A stretch of DNA of 64,000 nucleotides from Candidatus Eiseniibacteriota bacterium (GCA_963702435.1 CAVPCR010000004.1:544001-608000), one strand, 5' to 3'; shown: positions 40,630 to 51,162, counted from the stretch's first letter. Made by a program: numbers and translations. Notes: generated by a model from the sequence alone, not told the origin.

Positions 40630-41835
40630 ATGACGATCACCACCGCGACTGCGACGCCGGCGGCCACTCCCGAGCGGATGGTCGTGAACATCGGGCCGCA
40701 GCACCCGGCGACCCACGGCACGTTCCGCATCGAGTGCGTGCTCGATGGCGAGCGCATCATCGAGTCGCGCACCGAGATCGGCTACCTGCACCGCTGCTTC
40801 GAGAAGATGTCGGAGACGCACGACTACTGGGGCGTCATCCCGTACACCGACCGGCTCAACTACTGCTCGCCGATGATCAACGGGGTCGGCTACGCGATGG
40901 CCGTCGAGAAGCTCCTCGGCGTCACCATCCCCAAGCGGGCCCAGTACATCCGGGTCATCCTGAGCGAGCTCTCGCGGATCATGGATCACATGGTCTGCGT
41001 CGGCACGAGCCTGGTCGATCTCGGCGCCATCACCAACTTCTGGTACTCCTTCCGTGCGCGCGAGGTGATCTACGACCTGCTCGAGGCGTGCTGCGGCTCG
41101 CGCCTCACCGTGAGCTACGTGCGGATCGGCGGGCTCGCCGCCGACCTGCCTCCGGGCTGGGTCGAGCACTGCCGCAAGCTCATCCGGAAGGACATCCCGC
41201 AGGCGATCAGAGAGCTGGACAAGCTGAATCTGAAGAACCCCATCTTCCGGCTGCGCGGGCAGGGTGTCGGCGTCATGCCGCGCGAGCGGGCGATCGCCTG
41301 GGGCTGGACCGGGCCGTGCGCCCGCGCTTCGGGCGTCGATTACGATGTGCGCCGCGACATCCCCTACTACGACTACGACAAGTTCGACTGGATCGTACCG
41401 GTCGAGCAAGGCGGCGATGTCTTCTCCCGGTACCAGGTGCGCATGGAGGAGATGCGGCAGAGCCTCCGCATCATCGAGCAGTACCTCGATCATCTGCCCG
41501 GCGGTCCGGTGATCGTGGACGACCGGCAGATCGCGCTTCCGCCCAAGAACGAGGTCTACACCAACATCGAAGCGCTGATGGCGCACTTCAAGCTCATCAT
41601 GCACGGGATCCTGCCGCCCGCGGGCGAGGTGTACTCGTGCGTCGAGGGCGGGAACGGCGAGCTCGGCTTCACGATCGTGTCCGACGGCACGCGGAAGCCC
41701 TACCGCGTCAAGGTGCGGCCGCCGTGCTTTGCCATCTTCCAGGCCTTCGACGAGATGCTGCGCGGGATCGTGATCGCCGACGTGGTGGCCATCCTCGGCA
41801 GCCTGAACATCATCGCCGGCGAGCTGGACCGGTAG
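40630..41835 (+). CDS. nuoD: NADH-quinone oxidoreductase subunit D
   Basis: NIGPQHPATHG, GYLHRCFEK, TDRLNY, GELG, C-terminal GELDR; no Ni-binding CxxC pairs. Confidence 0.95.
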   Translation: MTITTATATPAATPERMVVNIGPQHPATHGTFRIECVLDGERIIESRTEIGYLHRCFEKMSETHDYWGVIPYTDRLNYCSPMINGVGYAMAVEKLLGVTIPKRAQYIRVILSELSRIMDHMVCVGTSLVDLGAITNFWYSFRAREVIYDLLEACCGSRLTVSYVRIGGLAADLPPGWVEHCRKLIRKDIPQAIRELDKLNLKNPIFRLRGQGVGVMPRERAIAWGWTGPCARASGVDYDVRRDIPYYDYDKFDWIVPVEQGGDVFSRYQVRMEEMRQSLRIIEQYLDHLPGGPVIVDDRQIALPPKNEVYTNIEALMAHFKLIMHGILPPAGEVYSCVEGGNGELGFTIVSDGTRKPYRVKVRPPCFAIFQAFDEMLRGIVIADVVAILGSLNIIAGELDR

Positions 41836-41879
41836 CGGGTCGGGACGGGGCAATCGCGGGTCGGTAGCGGAGGAGGACG

Positions 41880-43223
41880 ATGAACGAGCGACGGCCGAAG
41901 ATCCTGACCAGCGGGCTCGAGCGCGCGGACTCGCACACGCTCGCGGCGTACCGCGCGGAGGGCGGTTACGAGACGCTCCGCCTGGTGCTCGCGGGGAAGA
42001 CGCCGGAGCAGGTGATCGCCGAGGTCAAGGAGTCGGGGATCCGCGGCCGCGGCGGCGCCGGCTTCCCGGCCGGCGTCAAGTGGGGCTTCATCGACAAGAA
42101 GGCGGGGAAGCCGATCTACCTGGTCGTGAACGGCGACGAATCGGAGCCCGGCACGTTCAAGGATCGACTCCTCCTCGAGCGCCTGCCGCATCGGATGATC
42201 GAGGGGATCGTCATCGCGAGCTACGCGCTCGACGTGCACCAGGCCTTCATCTACATCCGCGGCGAGTACGCCTTCCCGGCCCGCCGCGTGGCTGCTGCCC
42301 TCGACGAGGCGCGCGCAGCCGGCTTCTACGGCCGGAACATCCTCGGCTCGGGGTTCGATCTCGAGATCACGCTGGCGCGCGGCGCCGGCGCCTACATCTG
42401 CGGCGAGGAGACGGCGCTTCTCGAGTCGCTCGAGGGAAAGAAGGGCTACCCGCGCTTGAAGCCGCCGTTTCCGGCGGCGGTCGGGCTCTACGGCTGCCCG
42501 ACCGTCATCAACAACGTGGAGACGCTTGCCGCCGTGCCCTGGATCCTCGCCCACGGCGGTGCCGCCTACAAGGCGATCGGCACCGAGAAGTCGACCGGGA
42601 CGCGGCTCATGAGCGTGTCGGGCCGGGTCAAGCGCCCGGGCGTCTACGAGATCCCGCTTGGCACTCCGCTCCCCGAGTTCCTGGCCGAGGAGTGCGGGGG
42701 CATGCAGGACGGCTACCAGCTGAAGGGCGTGATCCCGGGCGGGTCCTCGACCAACATCCTCACCCCGGACGAGGTGGCGCGCGCGGCCCTCGACTTCGAG
42801 TCGATCGCCCAGTTCGGCACCTTCCTCGGCTCGGGCGGCATGATCGTCATCGACCACACCATCTCGATCGTCGAGGCGGCCTACTCGGTGGCGCACTTCT
42901 TCGCCCACGAGTCGTGCGGGCAGTGCTCGCCGTGCCGCGAGGGGACCGGCTGGATCGCCGGCGCCATCCGGCGCATTCTCGCCGGGGAGGGCCGGCTCTC
43001 GGATCTCGATCTGATCACCGGCATCGCGAAGCAGATGCTCGGCAACACGATCTGCCCGCTGGCAGACGCCGATGCGATGCCGATGATCGCCTTCGTCACC
43101 AAGTACCGGAGCGAGTGGGAGGAGTTCATCCGGAGCGGCAAGCGGCTCCTCGATCCCTTCGCCCACGAGTCGGCCGCCGCGGCCCCTGCCGCCGCCGACC
43201 GGATCCCGATCGCCGTCGGCTGA
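41880..43223 (+). CDS. nuoF: NADH-quinone oxidoreductase subunit F (FMN/NADH-binding)
   Basis: GRGGAGFP, NGDESEPGTFKD, GAYICGEETAL, ESCGQCSPCREG...ICPL. Confidence 0.95.
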   Translation: MNERRPKILTSGLERADSHTLAAYRAEGGYETLRLVLAGKTPEQVIAEVKESGIRGRGGAGFPAGVKWGFIDKKAGKPIYLVVNGDESEPGTFKDRLLLERLPHRMIEGIVIASYALDVHQAFIYIRGEYAFPARRVAAALDEARAAGFYGRNILGSGFDLEITLARGAGAYICGEETALLESLEGKKGYPRLKPPFPAAVGLYGCPTVINNVETLAAVPWILAHGGAAYKAIGTEKSTGTRLMSVSGRVKRPGVYEIPLGTPLPEFLAEECGGMQDGYQLKGVIPGGSSTNILTPDEVARAALDFESIAQFGTFLGSGGMIVIDHTISIVEAAYSVAHFFAHESCGQCSPCREGTGWIAGAIRRILAGEGRLSDLDLITGIAKQMLGNTICPLADADAMPMIAFVTKYRSEWEEFIRSGKRLLDPFAHESAAAAPAAADRIPIAVG

Positions 43224-43287
43224 GGCGGCCGCTGCCGCGCCGAGCCCGCAGCGGGCACGGCGGAAGGCGAGCGCAAGGAGAAGCAAG

Positions 43288-44949
43288 TTGGCGGACGCAC
43301 GCGAGCTGGTCACGATCACGGTCAACGGGCGGGAGCTCCAGGTCCCGGCCGGCTATCCGGTGATCCAGGCGGCTCTCGACAACCAGATCCATATCCCGCA
43401 TTTCTGCTACCACCCCGATCTCGGCGTCGACGGCAACTGCCGGATGTGCCTCGGCGAGCTCGAGGGGGCGCCGAAGCTGGTGGCCACCTGCACGCTCAGG
43501 GCCGCCCAAGGCATGAAGGTGCGCACCGACACGCCGCGCGTCCATGATGCGGTGCGCGGCGTGCTCGAGTTCATCCTGATCAATCATCCGATCGACTGCC
43601 CGATCTGCGACCAGGCGGGGGAGTGCGGCCTGCAGAACTTCTACATGAACTACGGGCTGTACGACTCGCGGGTCCGCCTCGACGACAAGGTGCGGAAGCA
43701 GAAGGTGGTCGACCTCGGCCCGATGATCGTTCTCGACAGCGAGCGCTGCGTCCTCTGCTCCCGCTGCACCCGGTTCTCGGACAAGGTGGACGGCGAGCGC
43801 GAGATCCGTTTCATCAATCGGGGCAATCACACCGAGATCACCACCTTCGACGAGGAGCCGCTCAGGAGCCGCTACGCGGGCAATCTCGCCGACCTCTGCC
43901 CGGTCGGAGCGCTCACCTCCCGCGACTTCCGCTTCAAGATGCGGGTCTGGTTCCTCCAGTCCGCCCGGTCGGTGTGCGATCTCTGCGCCACCGGCTGCTC
44001 GATCCGCATCGATCAGAACCACAACCGGATCTACCGCTATGTGCCGCGGCGGAACTCGGCGGTGAACGCGAGCTGGATGTGCGACGAGGGGCGGTTCTCC
44101 TACAAGCAGGTCGGTGCGCCGTCCCGGCTCGAGACCCCGCTCTGGCGCGAGAATGACGGGCTCCAGCCGATTCCCTGGGAGAAGGCGCTCGACCTCGCCG
44201 CGCGGCGGATCCGCGAAGCGCGCGAGGATGCGGAGGAGATCCTTGCCATCGCCACCCCGAGCGTGACCACCGAGGAGCTCTACACCTTCGGTCGCTTCGC
44301 GCGCGAGGTGCTCCGGACCCCGCACCTCGACTACCGCGTGAGCTCGACCTGTACCGATCCGGGCGTGATGGAAGACGACGTGCTCCGGCGGAAGGACCGC
44401 TTCCCCAACAGCCGCGGTGCCGCCTTCCTCGATCTGGTGCCGGGCGCGGGCGGGCGGTCCCTCGCCGCTGCGAGCGGGCGCCGGTTCAAGCTCGTCTATC
44501 TCCTCGGCGCCGACCGTATCGCCGAGGGCGACGGCCTGCTCCTGATCCGCGGCATCCTCGAGCGGGCGGATCTTGTGATCGCTCACGCCGCGCACGAGTC
44601 CGATCTGCTCGCCCATGTGGATCTCGTCTTCCCGGTGACGATGAGCGCCGAGAAGCGCGGCACCTTCGTGAACCACGGCGGTCGCGTGCAGCGGATCGAG
44701 CCCGCGGTGATGCCGCCCGGGGAGGCCGAGGCCGACGGGACGGTGCTCGCCTTCATCGCCGAGAAGCTCGAGGAACCGCTCGGCACCTTCACCCCGGCCG
44801 CCGTCTTCGCGCGAATCGCCGCCGAGATTCCCGCATTTCGCGGTCTTCGCTTCGATGCGCTCGGCGAGACCGGCCAGCAGGCGGCGGGCACCACAGCCGA
44901 GATCCCGCGGGTGTCGGCCATCGCGGCCGCGCTCCAGCCCAGTATCTAG
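43288..44949 (+). CDS. nuoG: NADH-quinone oxidoreductase subunit G, short form (553 aa)
   Basis: CYHP..GNCRMC, HPIDCPICDQAGEC, CVLCSRC..CPVGAL, CDLCATGC..MCDEGRF; TTG start with AGGAG RBS. Confidence 0.88.
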   Translation: MADARELVTITVNGRELQVPAGYPVIQAALDNQIHIPHFCYHPDLGVDGNCRMCLGELEGAPKLVATCTLRAAQGMKVRTDTPRVHDAVRGVLEFILINHPIDCPICDQAGECGLQNFYMNYGLYDSRVRLDDKVRKQKVVDLGPMIVLDSERCVLCSRCTRFSDKVDGEREIRFINRGNHTEITTFDEEPLRSRYAGNLADLCPVGALTSRDFRFKMRVWFLQSARSVCDLCATGCSIRIDQNHNRIYRYVPRRNSAVNASWMCDEGRFSYKQVGAPSRLETPLWRENDGLQPIPWEKALDLAARRIREAREDAEEILAIATPSVTTEELYTFGRFAREVLRTPHLDYRVSSTCTDPGVMEDDVLRRKDRFPNSRGAAFLDLVPGAGGRSLAAASGRRFKLVYLLGADRIAEGDGLLLIRGILERADLVIAHAAHESDLLAHVDLVFPVTMSAEKRGTFVNHGGRVQRIEPAVMPPGEAEADGTVLAFIAEKLEEPLGTFTPAAVFARIAAEIPAFRGLRFDALGETGQQAAGTTAEIPRVSAIAAALQPSI

Positions 44950-44967
44950 GTGGGAGAGAACAGAGCG

Positions 44968-45558
44968 ATGACACAGACCATGATGCCCGGCCCGCCGCCA
45001 ACGCCGGCCGTTCCCGGTTCCGGTCATGCTCCCGGTCCCGGCCAGGCGGCCGCTCCGACCAAGGGCTCGATCGGCGCCATCCTTGCCGGCATGGCGCTCA
45101 CGCTCTCGAAGTTCCTGGCGAGCGCGACCGGCCGCGATCGGCCCACCATTCTCTATCCGTTCCAGCGCCGCAACTACTCGGGACGGTTCCGCGGCACCCA
45201 CATCCTCACCAAGCGCGAGGACGGCCGCCCGCGCTGCGTGGCCTGCTACCTGTGCGCGACCGTGTGTCCCGCCGATTGCATCACGATCGAAGCGGCCGAG
45301 ACCGCCGACACCAGGATCGAGAAGTACCCGGTCCGCTTCGATATCGATAACCTGCGCTGCGTGTTCTGCGGGTTCTGCGTGGACGCCTGCCCGGAGGAGG
45401 CGATCATCATGAGCCGCGAGTACGAGCAGGCGATCTTCGATCGCAAGGACCAGGTCTGGGACATGAACTTCCTCATGAACCGGAAGACCTTCACCGAGGC
45501 CGACCTGGGCTACCGCCCGCGGGAGGCGAAGGAGGGCCGTTCCGGGACCCGGGGCTAG
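44968..45558 (+). CDS. nuoI: NADH-quinone oxidoreductase subunit I
   Basis: TILYP, RFRG, CVACYLCATVCP, CVFCGFCVDACP. Confidence 0.94.
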   Translation: MTQTMMPGPPPTPAVPGSGHAPGPGQAAAPTKGSIGAILAGMALTLSKFLASATGRDRPTILYPFQRRNYSGRFRGTHILTKREDGRPRCVACYLCATVCPADCITIEAAETADTRIEKYPVRFDIDNLRCVFCGFCVDACPEEAIIMSREYEQAIFDRKDQVWDMNFLMNRKTFTEADLGYRPREAKEGRSGTRG

Positions 45559-45620
45559 GGGAGGCGGCCGATGGCCCCCTGCCAGGTGGGGGACACGAAG
45601 AAGGGCCCGGCCCGGCCGGA

Positions 45621-45731
45621 TCGGACGAATTGTCCGACTGGACGTATTTCGTGGAATCGTTTCCAGCGTCCAAAGTATCATATCATAACGACTTATGACC
45701 ATGTTCGAACCGGTCCGGAGCATGCTATACT
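45621..45731 (+). promoter_or_regulatory. AT-rich control region with three dyads and an extended -10
   Basis: TCGGAC-N5-GTCCGA (45621-37), TGGAATCGTTTCCA (45652-65), TCATAA-N4-TTATGA (45683-98), TGcTATACT (45723-31). Confidence 0.55.
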
Positions 45732-45756
45732 GGCCGTGGTAGAAAGGGGGGTGGCG

Positions 45757-45981
45757 ATGCCCGCATACAGGCCGCTTCGGGAGCGGTTGCTCGGCGAGTG
45801 CGACGTGGATGGCTTCCGGTCGCCGGCCCCTGATCTCGCGATCTATTGCCCCCGCCAGGGAAGAAAAGTCCTCGCTGCTGATCACGCCGGGTGTAAGAAT
45901 TTCGGCGGCTTCCTGTACGCGACGAGCGGCGAAGAAGCCGGTGTGCGCTGCATGCACGTGGCCGGCTGCTGTCATCCATAA
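45757..45981 (+). CDS. Small Cys/His-rich hypothetical protein (74 aa)
   Basis: AAGGGGG RBS, promoter-like sequence upstream, 6 Cys, ends CMHVAGCCHP. Confidence 0.5.
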   Translation: MPAYRPLRERLLGECDVDGFRSPAPDLAIYCPRQGRKVLAADHAGCKNFGGFLYATSGEEAGVRCMHVAGCCHP

Positions 45982-46119
45982 CGAGTTTCGGCGCTGGGTT
46001 GCAGGACCTGGGCGCGAGCGGCCCGCGTCCGGTCCTCCCCGGCGCCGATTCTTTTGCCTGACTCCACGGTCTCCCGCGAGTATCGAGCCGCCCCGAGTCC
46101 CTCTCCCGTTCGCTCCCGG

Positions 46120-47058
46120 CTAGCTCGTGCGCGGCGCCGGCTTGGTCCACGCCGGTAGCAGGAATCCGCGTCTCTGCTCCGAGAGGCGTACGACGCGCAG
46201 CGCTCCCGGCAGCACCTCCGCCTCGAGGTGATCGGTGAGCCCGGTCACGTCACCGTCCACTTCGCTCCGGAGCGGCCGATCGAGCCGCACGCGCACGCGC
46301 GCTCCGGAGAGGAAGCGCGAGCCGGGATGCTGCTCCATCGTGCCCTGCAGCACGTGCCCCGACAGGGCGAGAAAGTCGTTGAGATCGGCCAGCGTGAGCA
46401 CGGCGATGTCCATGCGCGCGTCGTCGGGGCGCGAGTCCGGAAACAGGTCGAACTCCCCGAAAAGCTTTCCGATGTTGGCGACGAGGAGGCAATGCCCCGC
46501 GATGCGCTCGGCCGGCCGGCGATCCACCTCGACCTCGAACTCGGTCGTCTGCGTCGAGCCGAGCTGCGTGAGCGCCGCATAGATGTACGCGAGGAGCCCG
46601 AATCGCCGCTTGAGCTCGGCGTCGGCGGTGGCCATCACCGCCGAGTCGTAGCCCACTCCCGCCGTGAGGAGCGAGATGCGGCCGTTGACGCGCACCGCGT
46701 CGAAGGGGCGCGGCTCCTCGAGCGCGGCGAAGCGCACGGCATCCGCGGTGCGCGACGGCACTCCGGTCGAGCGGGCGATCGCGTTGGCGGTGCCTCCCGG
46801 GAGGACCGCGAGCGGGATGTTCGAGTGGAGGAGCGCCGCGCCGACCTCGCGCACCGTGCCGTCGCCCCCCGATACCCAGACCCGCTCGGGAGGATCCGCG
46901 AGCACTCGCTCGGCGGCCCAGGCGGCGGGGCGCTCGGGCGCGAGCATGAGCAGCTCGTAGTCGACGCCGAGATCGCGACACGCCGCGTGGATGGCGGAGA
47001 GCCGCGAGGTCGTATCGCGCGAGCCGGCCGAGGGATTGAAGATGAGTGTGACGCGCAT
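46120..47058 (-). CDS. Diacylglycerol/lipid kinase family protein (YegS/DgkB-like)
   Basis: IFNPSAG, GGDGTV, LPGGTANAIA, GVGYDS, EVDGD. Confidence 0.92.
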   Translation of the reverse strand: MRVTLIFNPSAGSRDTTSRLSAIHAACRDLGVDYELLMLAPERPAAWAAERVLADPPERVWVSGGDGTVREVGAALLHSNIPLAVLPGGTANAIARSTGVPSRTADAVRFAALEEPRPFDAVRVNGRISLLTAGVGYDSAVMATADAELKRRFGLLAYIYAALTQLGSTQTTEFEVEVDRRPAERIAGHCLLVANIGKLFGEFDLFPDSRPDDARMDIAVLTLADLNDFLALSGHVLQGTMEQHPGSRFLSGARVRVRLDRPLRSEVDGDVTGLTDHLEAEVLPGALRVVRLSEQRRGFLLPAWTKPAPRTS

Positions 47059-47318
47059 CGGATTTCGGTGAGGGTCCGGGCCCGGGCGTCCGGGCCTGGC
47101 CTTGGGCGCCGTCCGGCCCGCCGTCCGGGTCTCCGGCGATTATGGCATCGCCCGAGGCCCGGCGGGCGGCGGGAGTGCTTCCCGCCGTGACCGGTCTTGA
47201 GGGCAGTCGTTCCGGGGGACGAGCCGCACCTTGGGATCGCCCCCGGCCCGGCCGATCGAGGGAGCGGAGCGGCGGCTGCGCCATGTTCCGGGGCGAGCCG
47301 CGCCGGCGCGCTCCGACC

Positions 47319-47347
47319 TTGACGTGGAGGGCGTTTTCGCCTATAGT
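47319..47347 (+). promoter_or_regulatory. Near-consensus sigma70 promoter
   Basis: TTGACG-N17-TATAGT. Confidence 0.65.
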
Positions 47348-47564
47348 AGCGGCACTTGGGCGGATCCCGCTCGCGGCAGTTTCGAGGGGCAGATCCGCTC
47401 CCACCTCCACGGGAGGGTTGTAGCTAAGCTCCTTAGCTATCGTCGGCTCCGCTCCATGGCGGGGCGAGCCTGTATCGCAACCTGACCGTTCGCTCCGGAC
47501 CGTCGCCGGCCATCCTGGCCGCAGCCGGTCTCGAGAGCCTTTTCTCCATCACCATAGCCGGGGC

Positions 47565-48620
47565 GTGCTTCCCGATCCCCGGGGCATCTGCGCCGGAGTG
47601 AGCCCTTTGCACACCGTTCGCCTCCTCAACTCGGCCGCCTTCAAACGACGGGCTCCTTACTGGATGCAGCGGCTTGCCCGCCGCAAGATCGTGGCGAGCG
47701 CCGCCTTCGAGAAGATCTACCGCACGCTCATCGATCGCGAGATCGCCGTGCTCGAGCAGGGCGAACTGCCGCCGCCCAAGGTGGTCTACGCCGAGTCCAC
47801 CAACGCCTGCAACGCGACCTGCGTGATGTGCCCGCGCGACGAGATGCAGCGCTCGATCGGCATCATGCCGATGGACCTGTTCCGGAAGATCGCCGACGAG
47901 TGCGCGGACTGGGGAGTCGAGGAGCTCCGCCTCCACAACTTCGGCGAGCCGCTGATCGACGTCAAGATCTACGACAAGATCGAGTACGCCAAGCGGAAGG
48001 GCATCAAGACCACCACCATCTACTCGAACGGGGCGCTCCTCAATGGCGATCGGGCCCGGGGCCTGATCTCGGCCGGCCTCGACCAGCTCTACGTCAGCTT
48101 CGACGGCGCCACCAAGAAGACGTTCGAGACGATCCGCCTGCCGCTCAGCTTCGACCAGGTCTCGGAGAACGTGCGTAACTTCCACGCGCTCCGCGGCGAG
48201 ATGCGGTCGCGGTCGCCCAAGATCTACCTGACGTTCACCCACATCAATCAACCACGGGACGAGGTCGACAAGTTCCGGCGCGACTGGACTCCCTACTCGG
48301 ACAACGTTTTCATCATCGATTGCCACGACTGGGCCGGCCAGGCCGAGGTGAAGCTGCACGAGCCGAAGGACGGCCCGCGCTGGCCGTGCGTCTACCTGTG
48401 GAAGTCGATGACGGTGCTCTACTCCGGTCAGATCACCCTCTGTTGCATGGATATCAAGGGGGCTGAAGCGGTCGGCAACGCGCGCGAGCAAACGCTCCGC
48501 GAGGTGGCGCGCGGCGCTGCCATGCGCGCGATCCGGGCTGCGCATCGCGCTCACCGCTACGATGCGGTGAAGCTCTGCGGCGGGTGTTCGCTGAACCGGA
48601 TGTGGTCCTTGTACGAGTAG
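47565..48620 (+). CDS. Radical SAM protein with SPASM/twitch domain (start uncertain)
   Basis: CNATCVMCP, NFGEPL, SNG, SFDG, WPC..W..CCMD..CGGC. Confidence 0.9.
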   Translation: MLPDPRGICAGVSPLHTVRLLNSAAFKRRAPYWMQRLARRKIVASAAFEKIYRTLIDREIAVLEQGELPPPKVVYAESTNACNATCVMCPRDEMQRSIGIMPMDLFRKIADECADWGVEELRLHNFGEPLIDVKIYDKIEYAKRKGIKTTTIYSNGALLNGDRARGLISAGLDQLYVSFDGATKKTFETIRLPLSFDQVSENVRNFHALRGEMRSRSPKIYLTFTHINQPRDEVDKFRRDWTPYSDNVFIIDCHDWAGQAEVKLHEPKDGPRWPCVYLWKSMTVLYSGQITLCCMDIKGAEAVGNAREQTLREVARGAAMRAIRAAHRAHRYDAVKLCGGCSLNRMWSLYE

Positions 48621-48703
48621 ATCACGGTGTCCCGGCGGGGGGGCCGCATGTCTTTGAGGTCCTCCGCCGGGCTCTCTCATCGAACCGCCACGATGAGATG
48701 CAC

Positions 48704-48741
48704 GATGGGCCCGCCCTCTGGGCGGGCTCATCATTTTTCTT
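48704..48741 (+). terminator. Rho-independent terminator
   Basis: GATGGGCCCGCCC-TCT-GGGCGGGCTCATC followed by ATTTTTCTT. Confidence 0.7.
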
Positions 48742-48882
48742 GGGGGGTTCCTCGTTGCGAATCCCGGCTCTCATCGGCGAGCGACGACCCGGTCTGGCGC
48801 ACCGCGCTCGGCACACTCGTCGCGCAGCTCCTCGCCCCCGGGGACGCGCCGCGCCAGGTCGCAGCAGGCGGCCGGCTCCGGA

Positions 48883-50886
48883 TCAGGCCAGCGCCTCGAC
48901 CACGATCTCGGCCAGGTCCTTGACCGCCACCTCCGCGCCCTTCTCCTTCACGCCGTCCGACACCATGGTCATGCAGAAGGGACAGGCGGCGGCGATCGTC
49001 TTGGCACCGGTGGCGAGGAGCTCGGTCGCGCGCTCCACGTTGACCTTGGTCCCGTGCTCCTCCATCCACATGCGCCCGCCGCCCGCGCCGCAGCAGAAGG
49101 ACTTCTCGCGGATGCGGACGCCCTCGCGCGGGGCGCGCCCGGTGGCCGCGGCCAGCACGGCGCGCGGCTCCTCGTACAGCTGGTTGTAGCGCCCGAGATA
49201 GCAGGAGTCGTGGAAGGCGACCTCGGCGCCCGAGGCCTTGAGCCGGAGCCGGCCCGTAGCGATCAGGCTCGCGACGAACTCGGCGTGGTGCCGCACCTCG
49301 TAGTGCCCGCCGAACGCCGGATACTCGTTCTTGAGCGTGTTGAAGCAGTGCGGGCAGGCGGTGATGATCTTCTTGACCTTGTATCCGTTCAGGATCTCGA
49401 CGAGCTCGGTCATCATCGACTGGGCCAGGTACTCGTTCCCGATCCGGCGCGCGCACTCGCCGTTGCAGCGCTCCTCGGTCCCGAGCACGGCGAAGTCGAC
49501 CTTGGCCGCATCGAGGATCTGGACCATGGCGCGCGTCACCTTCTTGTTGCGCTCGTCGTAGGCGCCGGCGCAGCCGACGTAGTAGAGGTACTCGGCGTCC
49601 GGGTGCTCGGCCATCGTTCTGACGGTGAGCCCCTCCGCCCAGTCCATCCGCTGCTCGATGGGGAGGCCCCAGGGGTTCGACTGGGTCTCGAAGCCGCGGA
49701 GCGCGGCCGCAGCCTCCTGGGGGAACTTGGTCTCCATCAGCACGAGATGCCGCCGCTCGTCGATGATCTTCGGCACGTGCTCGATCAGGACCGGGCAGGC
49801 CTCGACGCAGGCGCCGCAGGTGGTGCAGGCCCAGAGCTCCTCCTCGCTCGTGTGGGTGCGGATGATCCCAGGATCCTCGGCGGTATCCCCGGCGGTATCA
49901 CCGGCGGTATGCCCGGCGAGCACCCGGCCGCCGCGCGCCAGGGCGAAGTCGCGGAGATCGGTGATGATCTTCCGCGGGTCGAGCGGCTTCCCGGTCGCAT
50001 GCGCCGGGCAGACGCTCGTGCAGCGGCCGCACTCGGTGCAGGAATAGCCGTCGAGCACGTCGCGCCAGCTGAAGGTGGCGAGCTGGTTCGCGCCGAAGGT
50101 CTCGACCGATTCGTCCTCGAGGTCGGGCTTCGAGAGCCGGCCCACGGGCTCGAGCCTCCGCGTGTAGACGTTCGGCGTCGAGGCCATGATGTGCAGGTGC
50201 TTCGACGACGGCAGGTAGACGAGGAAGCCGAGGACGATGAGCACGTGCACCCACCACGAGATCCCGTGGAAGGCGCCGAGAGCGGCGGGCGACATCCCGG
50301 CGAAGAGCGCCGATGTCGCGACCGAGAAGGGCTGCCAGGCGGTGCCCGGTCCCTCGGGCTCGCCGCGGGCGATCGCGGCCCCGCGCGTCGTCAGGATGGT
50401 CACCATGAGACCGAGGATGAGGAGGAGGATCAGGATCCCGTCGCGCCGGGCGTGCGCGTCGAGCCCGCGCATGCGCGGCGGCACGAAGAAGAGCCGGCGC
50501 GCGAGTCCGTAGAGGATGGCGACGGCGACGAGGACCGCCAAGAGGTCCTGGGCCAGGTAGAGGAGGCCGTAGAGCGGGGTGCCGAGCCAGGAGAAGTCCC
50601 AGGCGCGATGGAGCCCGATCGCGAAGGCCTCGAGCGTGCCCACCGTGAGGACCACGAAGCCCCAGAAGATGAGGAAGTGCATGAGCCCGGGGACGGGCTC
50701 CTTGAAGAGCTTCTTCTGGCCGAAGACGTAGGTGAGGACTCCGGCGAGGCGCTTCCCCGGCTGGTCGGTGCGGAGGGCGGGCGCCTTGGCCAGGCGCATG
50801 ATGGCGATCAGACGCCGCACCTTGAGGCCGAAGTAGCCGAAGGCTGCGATCAGGAGCACGGCCATCACGACGCTCGAAGCGGTCAT
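48883..50886 (-). CDS. Membrane-bound Fe-S oxidoreductase (FadF/HdrD-like: TM domain, 2x[4Fe-4S], two CCG domains)
   Basis: [66 protein letters not shown]. Confidence 0.92.
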   Translation of the reverse strand: MTASSVVMAVLLIAAFGYFGLKVRRLIAIMRLAKAPALRTDQPGKRLAGVLTYVFGQKKLFKEPVPGLMHFLIFWGFVVLTVGTLEAFAIGLHRAWDFSWLGTPLYGLLYLAQDLLAVLVAVAILYGLARRLFFVPPRMRGLDAHARRDGILILLLILGLMVTILTTRGAAIARGEPEGPGTAWQPFSVATSALFAGMSPAALGAFHGISWWVHVLIVLGFLVYLPSSKHLHIMASTPNVYTRRLEPVGRLSKPDLEDESVETFGANQLATFSWRDVLDGYSCTECGRCTSVCPAHATGKPLDPRKIITDLRDFALARGGRVLAGHTAGDTAGDTAEDPGIIRTHTSEEELWACTTCGACVEACPVLIEHVPKIIDERRHLVLMETKFPQEAAAALRGFETQSNPWGLPIEQRMDWAEGLTVRTMAEHPDAEYLYYVGCAGAYDERNKKVTRAMVQILDAAKVDFAVLGTEERCNGECARRIGNEYLAQSMMTELVEILNGYKVKKIITACPHCFNTLKNEYPAFGGHYEVRHHAEFVASLIATGRLRLKASGAEVAFHDSCYLGRYNQLYEEPRAVLAAATGRAPREGVRIREKSFCCGAGGGRMWMEEHGTKVNVERATELLATGAKTIAAACPFCMTMVSDGVKEKGAEVAVKDLAEIVVEALA

Positions 50887-51162
50887 GGCTTCTCTTCCTC
50901 CCGCGCGAGACGCGATCAGGCAGCGCGTCTCGGGTCGGGGCCTTGCCTCACGCTGGCTCGCGGCGGAGCGGATCGGCGCGCGATGGGGACCGGCGCGCTT
51001 CAAGAGCGGGTCACGCTAGCTCAGGCCTGCAGAGGTTGTCAACGCGGGGCCCGTCGCCTAGACTCGACGCCCGGAATCCGCACCCGGCTACGAGGGTGCG
51101 TCGTCAGCGGCGCGAGCTCCGGGTCCGCCTCCCGGTGCATGCATGAAAACCACGAGGAGCAC

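Noticed and set aside
40630..41835. Group 4 [NiFe]-hydrogenase large subunit
   Set aside because: Lacks both Ni-binding CxxC motifs; has NuoD HPATHG and terminal GELDR.
43126..45975. 949-aa minus-strand ORF
   Set aside because: Shadow of nuoG/nuoI.
49054..51162. Long N-terminal extension of TrxB
   Set aside because: Antisense to the CCG oxidoreductase; TrxB has its own GAGGAG RBS before 51163.
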